Source of the DNA: Phoronis australis
Lineage: Eukaryota; Animalia; Phoronida
NCBI GenBank assembly: GCA_002633005.1
Contig: NMRA01000306.1
Coordinates: 1 to 64,000, forward strand
Direction: 5' to 3'
Length of the DNA stretch: 64,000 bases
Both the position numbers and the translations under genes were made by a program. Every line of letters begins with the position of its first letter. The stretch's first letter is position 1. Shown in pieces: positions 25,252 through 36,725 of the stretch. The notes under the pieces are model-generated. The model saw only the letters and a program-made list of their open reading frames with translations. It had not been told where the DNA came from and did not search any database.

Positions 25252-28200
25252 ATGATCCAGACGAGAATGTTGCTTTTCAAATGGCGGATCAGCGGCATGT
25301 CGCCTGCCGAGCTGTCCAGGGGACTTGAAGATCCAGAAACGTTAGCCATTGACTGTAGATCGTTTCTTCTCTACAATACAGGCTACGTACGTGGTGCTCA
25401 TAATATTCACTGCCCTTCTATAGTGAAACGCCGGTCAGGCGGCACCGTGGCGTTGAGTTACGTCTTAACGTCGGACGATGTGCGAGAGCAGTATATGAAG
25501 GGGAAGTTTAAAAGAGTCGTCGTGTACGACGAATGTACAAACGATTTGACTGACCTCAACAAAGACTCGAACATTTTCTTCGTGCTCAAAAGTTTACAGG
25601 AAGAACGTGGGAAATCAAAACTGTTTTATCTTCAGGGTAAGTGTTATCTGTATTCAGGCACACTGTCAAATGTTTGCCTCCTATAAATGTTAGGTGAGGC
25701 CTACAGTGATGTGATATGTAGTCGTAAAATCGATTTTTTGAAGCAAATTAGCCGTCGGGACGACCCGGGTGGAAGAATGGCCGACAAGCATATGCATGCA
25801 TTAGGCATTTGCCACATCTTTTGATGCGCCAGTGGCCAGGTGCCATGAAACGGTCTCAACAGGGACTCAACTGTAGTTCCTAAATTTCCAGCGCATTTGT
25901 AGCCTTTATTTACTGAATAATGTTATATTTTTCTGTCACTAATCTTTATTGTGAAGTTTCGTTTTACTTAAGACATTTTCTTGTAAAATATCTGAAAACT
26001 GAGCCCTTGTTTCGATGAAAATAAACCGTTGGGACGTTTTCGTGTAGCGTCCCTAATCGAATGACTTAGGACAAGCACTGATTGCACAAAGTTTACGAAA
26101 ATTTAGGGAGACTTTATTGGGACTGTTTCATGCACTGGCTGTCCTCAAAGTGCTGTCTATCCAATTTGCATCCCAGGTTCATATGCTAAAATATGATAAG
26201 GTATAGTACAGTAGAAAAAACATTTCAAGACTTGTTGAGTTGCTCGTTACACAGTTTTAAGGGAAGCCTTCCATTTTGACCTATCGTAGCCCCCGCCTGA
26301 CCGTGTCTGGTTGGTCAGAGAACTTGCGGTCTTTTTTGGTCAATAGCTCATTGTGTTGCTCAAATGCAACACGCTTCTTTACATGACGTCAGTAACGAAC
26401 AAACTGCAATTTTGCCGAGTGAGTGACTTTGGTCTTCATAAAAGCTACACGAAGAAATTGTTGAATGAAACAATGAAAAGGTGTTAACGTGGGCCATCGA
26501 TTGCTTCGTTCATCACGTCAATAATACTGTTTCGCAATCACCAGTTTGAAAGGAAGAGTTGAGTTTTGTGAATCAATGTATAAATGTCTATAACGCGTAT
26601 TTCATTCTGTGGTCAAGTTACCCTTGCATACGTTCCGTCTCCTCATTATCCGACAGAATATACGTTAAATTAACTCCCCATTCACCGTTCGCATCGATTT
26701 TTGTACTTTGGGTGAGTGTTACTAGTTAGTCGTCATTCATAAATATCACTGTGTTTGGATTGTCGATAAGCAATTGAAAGTGATAGCGTAAACTCGGCAA
26801 CTACGACGCACATCATACGCGCACAGGAAATTGCCTGCATCTACATAGGCGGATCCAGGGTGACAAGGGAGTTCCGACCCTCCTTTCCCCTTGATTTTAG
26901 TGATATCAAATCTAGAATTTTCAAGTTGTTGACTTGGATCCCCCTTTTTAAAAAAATCCTTGATCTGAGCACCCTTTTGAAAAATCTCGAATCTGCCCCT
27001 GATCTACAATCTCCACGAGTAAGATTGACATCCAAATCTTGCACTGGTGTTATAGAGCACTCTTGTTATAAACTTTCTGAGCAAAGCAGTCTTTCTTTTT
27101 AACAATAAGTACTATGCTAATAACAGGCAAAGAACATCTGACAATAAATGAACAAATAAAACCGGAATAGTGAGGAACACTTGGCGTTAAAGATGACACG
27201 AGTGCAAAACAGTTGTTGACAACAATGGTCATGACACCGGTAATTTTTTAACTTGGGGTTATGAGTGAAAATCGCTGAATGGCATCCTTATTTTGTTTTA
27301 TCTGCAGGTTATTAGTGAAAACCTGGGAAATGTCTGTTTTTATCACATGAGAGGTCTTTGAAGGTAACATAATATGCCAGAAAGTAGTGACGCGCTTGTC
27401 ATAATGTCAAACACGCGTGTATCCAAGATCGTGACCGGAGGCGGGGTCTGACAGAGGAGAAACGTAGGGGGTACTTGATATTTCCCTACTACAACAACAA
27501 AAAGTGGTGGTGCAAGGATGGGGTGTACGGGCACCCTTGGCCCCCTCCTCTTGATCTGCGCCTTAACGCGCTAAGGCCGTTTTAATCATTTTGTCCATCT
27601 TCTCTGTCTGCCAATTGTAATAGTGTTGACCATTTCTATCTACAGGTGGCTACAAAGCGTTTTCTCAAGATTTTCCTCACCTGTGTGTTAGTGACCTCGG
27701 TGAACGAACCTCGGGGGAGACAGCAACGGCAGAAAAATCAAAGCCCGAGGTAACCACTTTTATTCTACTGGGCATGTGTGTCACAGGCGAGCAGTAATTT
27801 GTTCAAGAAAGATAGCATTTACTTATGTGCACGCGCCAATCCCCATTTGGGCATGGTTTTGTAAAAAGTTTTTACATTGGTCTACGTTCCTTTTGCGCCC
27901 TCTTGCAAGGACATTGAATGGAGACGAACAGAAGACAATAAAGGCACCTTAAAAGGCTTATAGTAGAGGGAGTGTCACTTTATGGACAAAATGAAATGAA
28001 CTTGTGTCGCGAACCCACCACCATCATGAACGCAAGGGTAGAAACAATTCCATGACCACGCCTCTAAATTCCAGCCTCGATTCTCTAAACTCCAGTCCCG
28101 GACCCGTTGTACAAATGCATAAACCTGCCGAAAATACTTCTTACCTGGTGACCAAACTCCTTATCCGATGACCATGTTCCTCACCTGTATCCATGGTCGG

Positions 28201-30809
28201 GGCTCGGAGTTTGGTCACTGGGTAAGGAATATTTTGTGTACGTGGGTGGAATTTGGACGCGTGACCATGGAATCGTTTCCACCCCATGTAACAGGGTTAC
28301 AATGAACTCTAGCCACCATTTCTCGCGCGGCTGCCGAAACACGAGTTGCCTTCCTATCCGGGGGATACCATATTGATTGGGTGATTTCTTGAGGAACGAA
28401 ACTGAACAGAGCCCATTTGGGGCAATTAATGACACAAAATTCTATGCCGGTGTCTATGGAAAACACTTCGAAGGTCGTTTCCTAAAAATGGCGAAAGCGT
28501 GAGGGGTTTCTTAAGAATGTGTGTATTGGGAAGATATTTTGAAGCTACGAGTGACACATCCTCACTCAAAATGGATTGAGTTCGGTAGCCTTCGTGACTG
28601 TACGGTTGCCTTCGTGGCTGTACGTGCTATTCCAAGTACTACTAAAATTCGTGTTCTATGATTGGCACTCCATTCTAAATATAGGGTCATGGAAGAGTAA
28701 TTTAGCAATCAAGCAAGTAGAAATTACACGTGAGAAAATCTTTTTCTAATTGAGTCTCGTGAATGACAAAAGTCGCTTCAAAAATAGCTTTTTGAGCTGC
28801 CTGCGGATAATTGTTTAGTTGTTTAGTAATTACTTTCACGCATTGCTCCTAACTATTTTGTTTTGTCGGTGTAGCTGCATGAGCGCATGAACTTTACGAA
28901 TCAGTGTTAAATAGGATGCGAACGTTTCAATGATGATAAAATCAAAATATGACGTTTGAGTTGGTCAACAAGACTGAGTAGTCGGGAAAGGGTCATTCAA
29001 CAGTAAATAAAAACTCGTGAGCGCAAGTACCGTAGTGTCGTGTATTAACGCCAGTCCTTTGTAAGCGCCGGTCTCGAATAAGCGATCGGACGCTAATACG
29101 CGTCACTTCGGTATAGTACTTTTTGTGAGTCATAACGTAAATAGGCCACTTTACCGCTGTATGCAAGCCAACGTGATGCTGCGGCCTATATCCGAAATTA
29201 GGTGTATGGGCTCATATATGAAACGTTTTGAGAGAACAGTATGCAGGTATTCAGACCCACGCGCTTATATGAGAAGCTGTGATTTTTTTCACAATTTGGC
29301 ACCTTCACCTGTGTGTGAAACACTGGCTTGAGTTAAACCGAGATCCACAGATAAAAACTACCCATGCTTTTTGACCTTGTAAAACGATTTGACAGCAACA
29401 ATGTTGCCTCGGTGATGTCGCCATTTTCGGTTGCAATTATACAAATGAAGAATATTCTAACGCTTGGTGTTTTCAATTTCAGTCTTCTCCAGTGGAAATC
29501 TTGCCCTACCTCTTCCTTGGTGACGCGAAACAAGCGCTCAATACAGACCAGTTGCAGCATTTGGGGGTTACCGCTGTTATTAATGTGTCGAGGACGTGCA
29601 ACTATCACCACCTGGCGGACAAATTCCAATATAAAATGATACCTGTAGACGACAATGCCACGGCCGATATATCTATGTGGTTTGAAGATGCAATAGCCTT
29701 CATTGGTGAGATTTTTAGATTACGATTCAGAACAAAGCGAAAAAGCTGCATGTAGCCCAGTTTAGCTAAAAACCGAAAATGGAATTACGTATTTTACTTC
29801 GACGTTTCATAATATTTCTATTCTGTTTCCCTTACCTGCTCAAGTCACAAACAATGTGAACACGCGCTATTTTCGAATTTGCAGTTCTAGGGTTGGGCAA
29901 CCACAATTTACTCCCAAGCGTTTTCTTGTGTCATAGATGGATTCCACATTCTAATTGACCTATGGCAAGCTCCACCCCTTGCGTAATGTCGACTAACAAA
30001 CAATAAGTTTTACCCGGCAACGTGTTGTTTGTCGGCTTGGAAACGAAGGTGTGTCAATAATGCTGCGTTCTAAATGGTCAGTTAAGCCGGCCGTAACTCA
30101 AAATCGTGGCGATAGGTCATTTGGTAATGGACATGGAATCCTATCACATAAGGAATATTACCAGACTGAATTACATTTTCGTTTTTAGTCTGCTGAACAG
30201 GGCGAAATGTTTTGAATGAAAAACGTCACGTGTTCTGTTAATACAATTGCTATGGAGTTCTTCTATAGTTAAAGCTGCACACTTATTTTTAATCTGTAGG
30301 ATTGTCCCGTCAAAGCAAATTAATGCAATTCTTAGGTCTACGCTAAGGTTTTCATTGTGTTACAGTAGTCAATTTATATCTTTATGTTTTCAGATAATGT
30401 AGAGCAAAAAGGCGGAAAGACATTCGTCCATTGCCATGCTGGTGTTAGTCGTTCGGCGACCATTTGCGTTGCTTACGTAATGAAACATTCCAAATACTCT
30501 CTTGAAGAAGCTTATTCATACGTCAAAACGCGTCGTAAGGCAATAGGACCCAACCTTAATTTCATGCGTCAATTGCAAGAATACGAAACTAAATTGCTCA
30601 AAAGAAAGAATCCAGGTCTTTCGCTACCAGCTTTACCTCTCTGTCTGCCGACCTCAGGACAATGCTCGCCTGTACAAATATCGCCACTCAGTTGCTCACC
30701 TCTATTCAACAACGGCACAAGTGTTTTTACGTTCTCTACGCCTCCTGCAAGCCCTCTTGCTCAGCAGGGCCGGATGTTTTTTGGCAGTCCGTTGGCATCG
30801 CCTAGTTAA
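25252..30809 (+). CDS. Dual-specificity MAP-kinase phosphatase (DUSP1/4/5-like, MKP), 375 aa; coding exons 25252-25636, 27646-27749, 29483-29705, 30394-30809
   Basis: Rhodanese/CH2 domain (IDCRSFLLYN..VRGAHN, KIM-like IVKRR, VVVYDE, LQGGYKAF), then the DSP domain (PVEILPYLFLG, IPVDD acid loop, VHCHAGVSRSATI, PNLNFMRQL) and an SP-rich tail ending SPLASPS. GT-AG junctions with phases 1,0,1; total 1128 nt in frame. Start codon inferred; an acceptor at 25212 implies an upstream non-coding exon. Confidence 0.95.
26844..27001. mobile_element. Short MITE (CATAGGCGGAT...ATCTGCCCCTG) with 5-bp TSD ATCTA, in DUSP intron 1
   Basis: Imperfect TIRs and ATCTA on both sides. Interior nearly identical to 32452-32601. 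Confidence 0.85.
28036..28284. mobile_element. MITE with ~38-bp TIRs and an internal hairpin (GTGACCAAACTCC...GGAGTTTGGTCAC), in DUSP intron 2
   Basis: GGGTAGAAACAATTCCATGACCACGCCTCTAAATTCCA is the imperfect reverse complement of TGGAATTTGGACGCGTGACCATGGAATCGTTTCCACCC. A degraded relative lies at about 3740-3940. Confidence 0.75.
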
Positions 30810-31746
30810 TGCTTTTTGAACGAACTCAACTCCAGGAGTTGTTTTCCGGTGGTTCAAACGAATGAACCGAGTTGTAACGGCGGAACGGTTTGAGTTCTTC
30901 TGTTGGTATTGCAGCAACGAACAGATTTGAAGGACTTTAATGGAGTCTTCCTCTTTGAACAAGGCGTTATCGTCCTTGGCTTATTTATTATGTTTTATTC
31001 GTCATCGGTTATCATAAGATGACGGAACAGCTGCGCGAGAGTAATAGCAACCCTTGTGGAGTTTTGACTTTACTTATTTTTAGGTAATCACTTCAACCTA
31101 AGATTGTTTGACATCTTGATATTAATTTTGTTTTGAACAATTTTATTGTCATGAACTGTTTTAAGGTTAGTCATTTATTAGATTGAACAATTAATATGAT
31201 CGTTGGTATAACTATTGTTTGCACTTGTTATTGTTATTATGTTCATGTATGTATGTGGCAGCAATACAGATAACTCTAATATTGCCTTGGATTAAGTATA
31301 CATTTGATATTAACAGAGACTAGTAATCTTAGAGATTCTCAGTTATCCATTTTCATACCGAAAAAACGTAGGGTTGGTCTGTGGCATTGACAGATACTAC
31401 CAGTCTCGCGGCACTTGTGAGCTGTGCAAGGTCTTTCCAGAAATCTTACAGCGGATTTCATAAAGGTGGTTTAACAAAACCAGGTTTAAGACTTAAACCT
31501 GGTCTCCCTAAATCCTGGTCTAATTTTGGACCTAACTTGCATTTCACCACCGTGGTTTAAAAGTCTGAAAGCCTGGTTTTGTTAGACCATGAAGCGGGTT
31601 TAGTAAAACTAGGTTTAAAGTATCCAAGCCAACCTACTGTGTTGACCCGGATTAATCCAACAAAGAAACTATTAAAGTGCTTCAATGAAACCTTGATCAC
31701 GTGGGTACACAATGACACAAAGCAGTAGAATCAGTACAGGCATTTG

Positions 31747-31899
31747 CGAAAAAGGGCGAAAAGCTTTTCTCACGAGGAAAAATGTTCCCTTCCATAACTG
31801 ATCAGCGAAAAAGCCAATGTCGTAGTCGAGAACAAGAAAATTGATACCAAATCAAGTCAACGCAAGCAGCAGGCTTGGAGAGATATTGATCAGCAATAA
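31747..31899 (+). pseudogene. Myb/SANT-like DNA-binding domain relic (Harbinger accessory ORF)
   Basis: Translates RKRAKSFSHEEKCSLP*LISEKANVVVENKKIDTKSSQRKQQAWRDIDQQ*, fitting the R..NF..EE..L....IENKKTD....K..AW..I pattern. In-frame stop; not in the ORF track. Confidence 0.8.
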
Positions 31900-32451
31900 A
31901 GGACAGAAAGAAAATTTCATCAGTGAAAAAATTGCAAAGAAAAACGGCGAGGGACCCAGTGAAAGATCTAGGATATCATGAGGAGATATTTTCATTTTAT
32001 ATTGTCTGTGTCCAACATAAGTACACACATTAAAGTATTCGTTCACGATTAACTGCAACATAGTAAAAGCACACGTTTATTTCCGTGTCATTTTACTTTT
32101 TTGCGGCCAAAGGGGGTACAGGAACGGATCCAGGATTTTGAATTAAGGGAGCCAGGGCAGAATATTAGCCAGGATTTTGCACGTCAATTATTAGCAGCCC
32201 CGAACTGCCAAACGGAATCTGGGAGAATTTTAGGGGGACCACGCCCCCCTTGGCCCCCCACTAAATCTACTACTGGGCAGTACTCCTGCACGGCAACCTT
32301 AAATCGGGGACCAATTGAGATGGACCTCGGCCTATATAATCATTAGATGCCTTTTTAGTCATACGCGTAGCGCTTGCGACGATGACGCTCTGCTCGAACC
32401 GTCATATTCTAAGGAATCCGAAGGACACCCTTCAGTTGGTACTGGTCTACG

Positions 32452-32601
32452 TATAGGCGGATCCAGGGGTTCAAGGGGTCCTGACCCCTTTTCCTTTGAT
32501 TTTAGTGATATCAAATCTATAATTTTCAAATTGTTGACCTAGGCCCACTTTTAGAAATCACTGATCCGACCTCCCCCCTTTAAAACCTCTTGGTCCCCCT
32601 G
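32452..32601. mobile_element. Short 5-bp-TSD MITE nested in the Harbinger element
   Basis: Homologous to 26844-27001 (shared CTT/TTTGATTTTAGTGATATCAAATCTA..ATTTTCAA). Flanks CTACG/TTACG. Confidence 0.8.
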
Positions 32602-32991
32602 TTACGTTTGATCTTGTGTAGTCCTAAAACTGAATATTGAAAATAGTTCATTCTCGCTCTAAAACTGCGTCGTAAATGCACACCGCGGCATCATTCAGTT
32701 GCAGCTATATCGTGCAAGTCTGCCTTAGTTAACACTATTAAACCTGGGTCTGACCAAGTCTAAAGTTAAACCTGGTTTAAGATCTGAATACAGGTCTAAG
32801 TAATATATACCTCGTTGGTGAAATGAAAACTGACTTAGACCAGGTCTAAAGTTGAGTTAAACCAGGTTTTACTAAACCACTGGTCTAAAAGTTAAACCAC
32901 CTTTATGAAATGCAGATTATCTTTAAACCTGGTCTAAGTCCAGTTTAAACCAGGTTTAACTTTAAACCACCTTTATGAAATCGGCTGTTAA

Positions 32992-33270
32992 AGGCGAAGG
33001 TAACCCTTTTTCATGTCTCTTTTAGCAAAAATAAGGTTCGTTGGTTATCCCAGACATATTTTCCTCTTAATTACAGCTTTTCGTAATTTAATTAACTATT
33101 CGTTCTCTACTCCGGAAGTGACGGTTTGGGAGGCAAGCATTTCGCGCCAATTTATTTTCATATAGTCTGACTGTGCGAGCTGCCGAGTCAGCCATTCTTC
33201 TATCTCGGTTGGGATAACCAACGAAACTTATTTTTGCTAAAAATGACATGAAAAAAGGTTGCATTCGCTT
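32992..33270 (+). mobile_element. Kolobok-type MITE (279 bp) with TTAA TSD
   Basis: TTAA|AGGCGAAGGTAACC...GGTTGCATTCGCTT|TTAA with ~60-bp imperfect TIRs. The first ~200 bp are the reverse complement of 36527-36725, the end of the THAP element. Confidence 0.85.
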
Positions 33271-34070
33271 TTAATGTCTAATGGATCTCTGGTGAGGCTT
33301 ACTCACAAGTGTACTCACGTGACCTGCAGTAACTGATCATGTCAGAGCCTAAGTGACGGGAAGTATGACGTCACCGTCCCAGGCATTCAAGCGTTCCTAC
33401 ATTTCCTACTTTTTTTCTCGTTGGTCTAAAATTTCCGTCCAATTTATGTTTTTGAGTAGTGAGTAATCGTTTTAAGTTATCAGGAGCAGCACACGAAGGA
33501 CTTCCTCTAGCACAAGAGATGCTAACCAAAAGACTATGTAGTTGAAGAGCCAGCAGGACTTTATTCACACTTTTGAGTACAATAGGTTTGACTGGGTAAT
33601 TTCATTGTACATTACCTACCATTGAAGGAAAGGGGCGTCTTAAGTGGAACAATCCTGGGCTTTGGTCCCTGGGGCGGGTGGGTCCTAAAGAAGATCCAAA
33701 AAACAGGTAATTAAAATTTCGAGTTCTAACATCCATTTCAAGTTTATTTCGTTTAAATCACCACTCAAATTAAAATGATGCAACTTAAGACGTGGAAATG
33801 CCAGGGGTTATGCATTAAGACCCTTCCTAATTAAAGACGAATTAACAATTTATTTCAACTTTTAGGTGCAACAAAAACTCTTTTTCCAAAAAATAAGTTT
33901 AGTAACTCTGGACACCATATATACAAGTTAACATGCCATTTTCCTTGGGTTTGTAGATAAGGGATAACAAGGCCCCAAAAATAACTTGCATAAAAGAGGA
34001 AATATGACAATTTTGATTTCAGCTGTGGAAATACACAAACGTATCGAGAGTGGCGTTGAAGTAAGATCCC

Positions 34071-35204
34071 ATGAGACATTATTCCGCGAAATAAATATAG
34101 GTTATACAACGTACGTGTTTGTACCAGTGGTTATTATATCGAGATTCGTGATATGCAAAAGTTTATGAACTTTTGCATATCACGAATCGAGACATAATAA
34201 CACACTGGTACAAACACGTACGTTGTATAACCCATTTATCCTATACGCCCCACTGAGGATTCTTTAAAGAAGCGGGTATACACAGATTGCTCCGCTTGTT
34301 TTTGTGCCGTTTGCCATCTTTTATCAATGATGATCGCAGATCGCGCGACACGTATACGTGCACGCAATATTTTTATGAACGAATTTTTGCAGCCTGCATG
34401 ACATGGCAGCCAAGTTGTATTTTACAGCAGCTACAGGCTTGGGGTGCATACATGTATCTGCTATTTTCAGTATTTTCCTCAGAGATTGCACTAAATCTAT
34501 TTCTAACTTGAAGTTTGCTTACGTTTCTGACGATTTTTCTTCACTTCGTTGAGCAATATCTGTGCAGGACACCCAGACGTTGGGACTGATGCACGTTCAG
34601 ACGCTTCTTAAAATGCTCCTTGCGGGCAGTTCTTATCAATTTTAGGTTGAAAGTATTTCCGAAATTTATCATAAAATTGACAAAAAATACAATATTTACT
34701 GCAGTTGCAGTTTTGCTTTTGGGCTCGACGTATTTTGATTGTTTTGAGAACGAATTTAAAAATCGACTCATCTTTGACCGTAAAGAATCTCAACTGGTGT
34801 AGTGCAATAGTTGACCAAAAACAGGCATGCACTGGTAATGCATATTGCTTTCCTAATCCCAAATATATTGTGGCAAGTTCGAAACTTTTTGTGATTTTAG
34901 TGTTCTGCTCAGGCGCAAAATTTCACGGTGTATTAAGAAAAGTTGTCAACAATATTTTTCTTTCACTTTTTTGTTTAGTTTTGAAAACGCATATCATAGA
35001 ATTGGCATGCGAAAATATTGCGCACGAAGCTGAACCCAAAGTGATGCTTTATATAAAATAATACTTTATGAAGTGTTGTGTATTGTGTGCTCAGGTGGGG
35101 ATTTTAGCGTGTTGAATACGGAAAAGTAGTTCTTCCATACAAAACTTCACAATGCGACCCGTATTTCATGGCCACACCATCACGCGTATGGGATAATGTC
35201 TCAT
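34071..35204. mobile_element. Non-coding element with 12-bp terminal inverted repeats and a 133-bp subterminal palindrome (superfamily uncertain, possibly Crypton-like)
   Basis: ATGAGACATTAT (34071) / ATAATGTCTCAT (35193-35204); palindrome at 34100-34232. Confidence 0.45.
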
Positions 35205-35824
35205 ATGCATAAAATTCCTAAGTTTCTTTCATTTTTCTCCAGATTTTTCAATACTTCACTCAGACTGTTCACGAGGCGGATCACAACCTGTATGTATGTA
35301 GTTGCGCGTTAGGTTTAGTCCGGGAGCCAGGGGGTTGAACCTGGTGTTGCCGGATAAAGTTTTTTCTTTGCAGTTTCATGTACCCTAGGGTAAAGTCACC
35401 ATGAAAGAGGGTGACCGTTCGCAACCCTTGAGCCATTTTCACGAACGACGTCGCTCTAGTCGGTTGGCGACTAGTCTTTCACATATGGCACACCACATTT
35501 ACAAAATAGAGAGCTATGCCACCNNNNNNNNNNNNNNNNNNNNNNNNNNNNNNNNNNNNNNNNNNNNNNNNNNNNNNNNNNNNNNNNNNNNNNNNNNNNN
35601 NNNNNNNNNNNNNNNNNNNNNNNNNNNNNNNNNNNNNNNNNNNNNNNNNNNNNNNNNNNNNNNNNNNNNNNNNNNNNNNNNNNNNNNNNNNNNNNNNNNN
35701 NNNNNNNNNNNNNNNNNNNNNNNNNNNNNNNNNNNNNNNNNNNNNNNNNNNNNNNNNNNNNNNNNNNNNNNNNNNNNNNNNNNNNNNNNNNNNNNNNNNN
35801 NNNNNNNNNNNNNNNNNNNNNNNN

Positions 35825-36459
35825 CACCTTCTAAATAGCTCCAATACCAGTCCACAATAAACTTATCAAACTTAGGCTCACCGATCTGTTCATTGGATGA
35901 CGAACTGTCCTCTTCACTGGGTGTTGAACTGGGCCTGTATTCACTCCCACTACTCAACATCGCTGCAGGGCTGCTTACAGGCTCTAGGCTAGAGACAACA
36001 GCACAGGGCGAATCACTGCTAGTTCCCGGAATTGCACGCAATGGGATACGCTCGGAGGCACGGGTGACAGTAGATGAAGTGCCCCCAGTCACTGTATAGT
36101 GGCCACAGCTCGCGAGGCTTTTCGCTTCAAAAACGCACTTCTCGGGGTTGGCGACGGGGCACTGCCGGGAATCAACAGCAACAGTATGGTACCCTTCTTC
36201 AGGCGTTGTTTTTGCAAGGATCTTCATCAATTCAGCGTACATATCTCTGTCGTAATCTGAAGGAAGAAAATGCTTGCCACACACTCGGTAACCCTCCACT
36301 GCTTTGTACGTTGCGTGGACGGGTACCGCTGCGTTCTTCACATGAACGAGCTAGCCAAGTACGGCGAAGCGTGCCATCCTTCGGAAAGCGACGCAAGGTA
36401 CCCAAAGCGCGTGTGAGACGATAATGAGTACATCCCGGCACGCAACAACAGCGTGGCAT
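35825..36459 (-). pseudogene. Frameshifted THAP-domain transposase N-terminus (Kolobok-like)
   Basis: MPRCCCVPGC...RRFPKD...RRTWL, then a frameshift to YRVCGKHF..SDY, together a THAP C2CH finger. Followed by a Ser/acidic linker, KFIV and, in another frame, LELFRR(C). Confidence 0.85.
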
Positions 36460-36725
36460 GTTGACTGACTTGTAAACAAAAGCAAACGACGACCGAACTT
36501 ATCACAACTGAGGTAGAACAATGAGAGACTCGACAACGCTCACAGTCAGACTATAATGAAAAGCAATTGGCGCGAAACTCTTGCCTCCCAAAACGTCACT
36601 TCCGGAGTAGAGGACGAGAAATTAATCAAATTACGAAAAACTGTAATTAAGTGAAAAATGTGTCTGGGATAATCGACGAATTTTATTTTTGCTAAAAGTG
36701 ACATGAAAAAATGTTGTCTTCGCCT
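35825..36725 (-). mobile_element. 5' part of a Kolobok-type DNA transposon, running into an N-gap
   Basis: Minus-strand end TTAA|AGGCGAAGACAAC shared with the MITE at 32992; THAP ORF starts about 265 bp inside. Confidence 0.8.

Larger units (their letters stand above)
31449..32987 (+). mobile_element. PIF/Harbinger non-autonomous element with TTA TSD and a Myb/SANT relic
   Basis: TIRs CAGCGGATTTCATAAAGGTGGTTTAA / TTAAACCACCTTTATGAAATCGGCTG, TTA at 31446-31448 and 32988-32990, subterminal AAACCAGGTTTA repeats, internal Myb-like relic, two nested MITEs. Confidence 0.88.

Noticed and set aside
35401-35860. Long ORFs spanning 35524-35824
   Set aside because: Artefacts of translating through N-runs.
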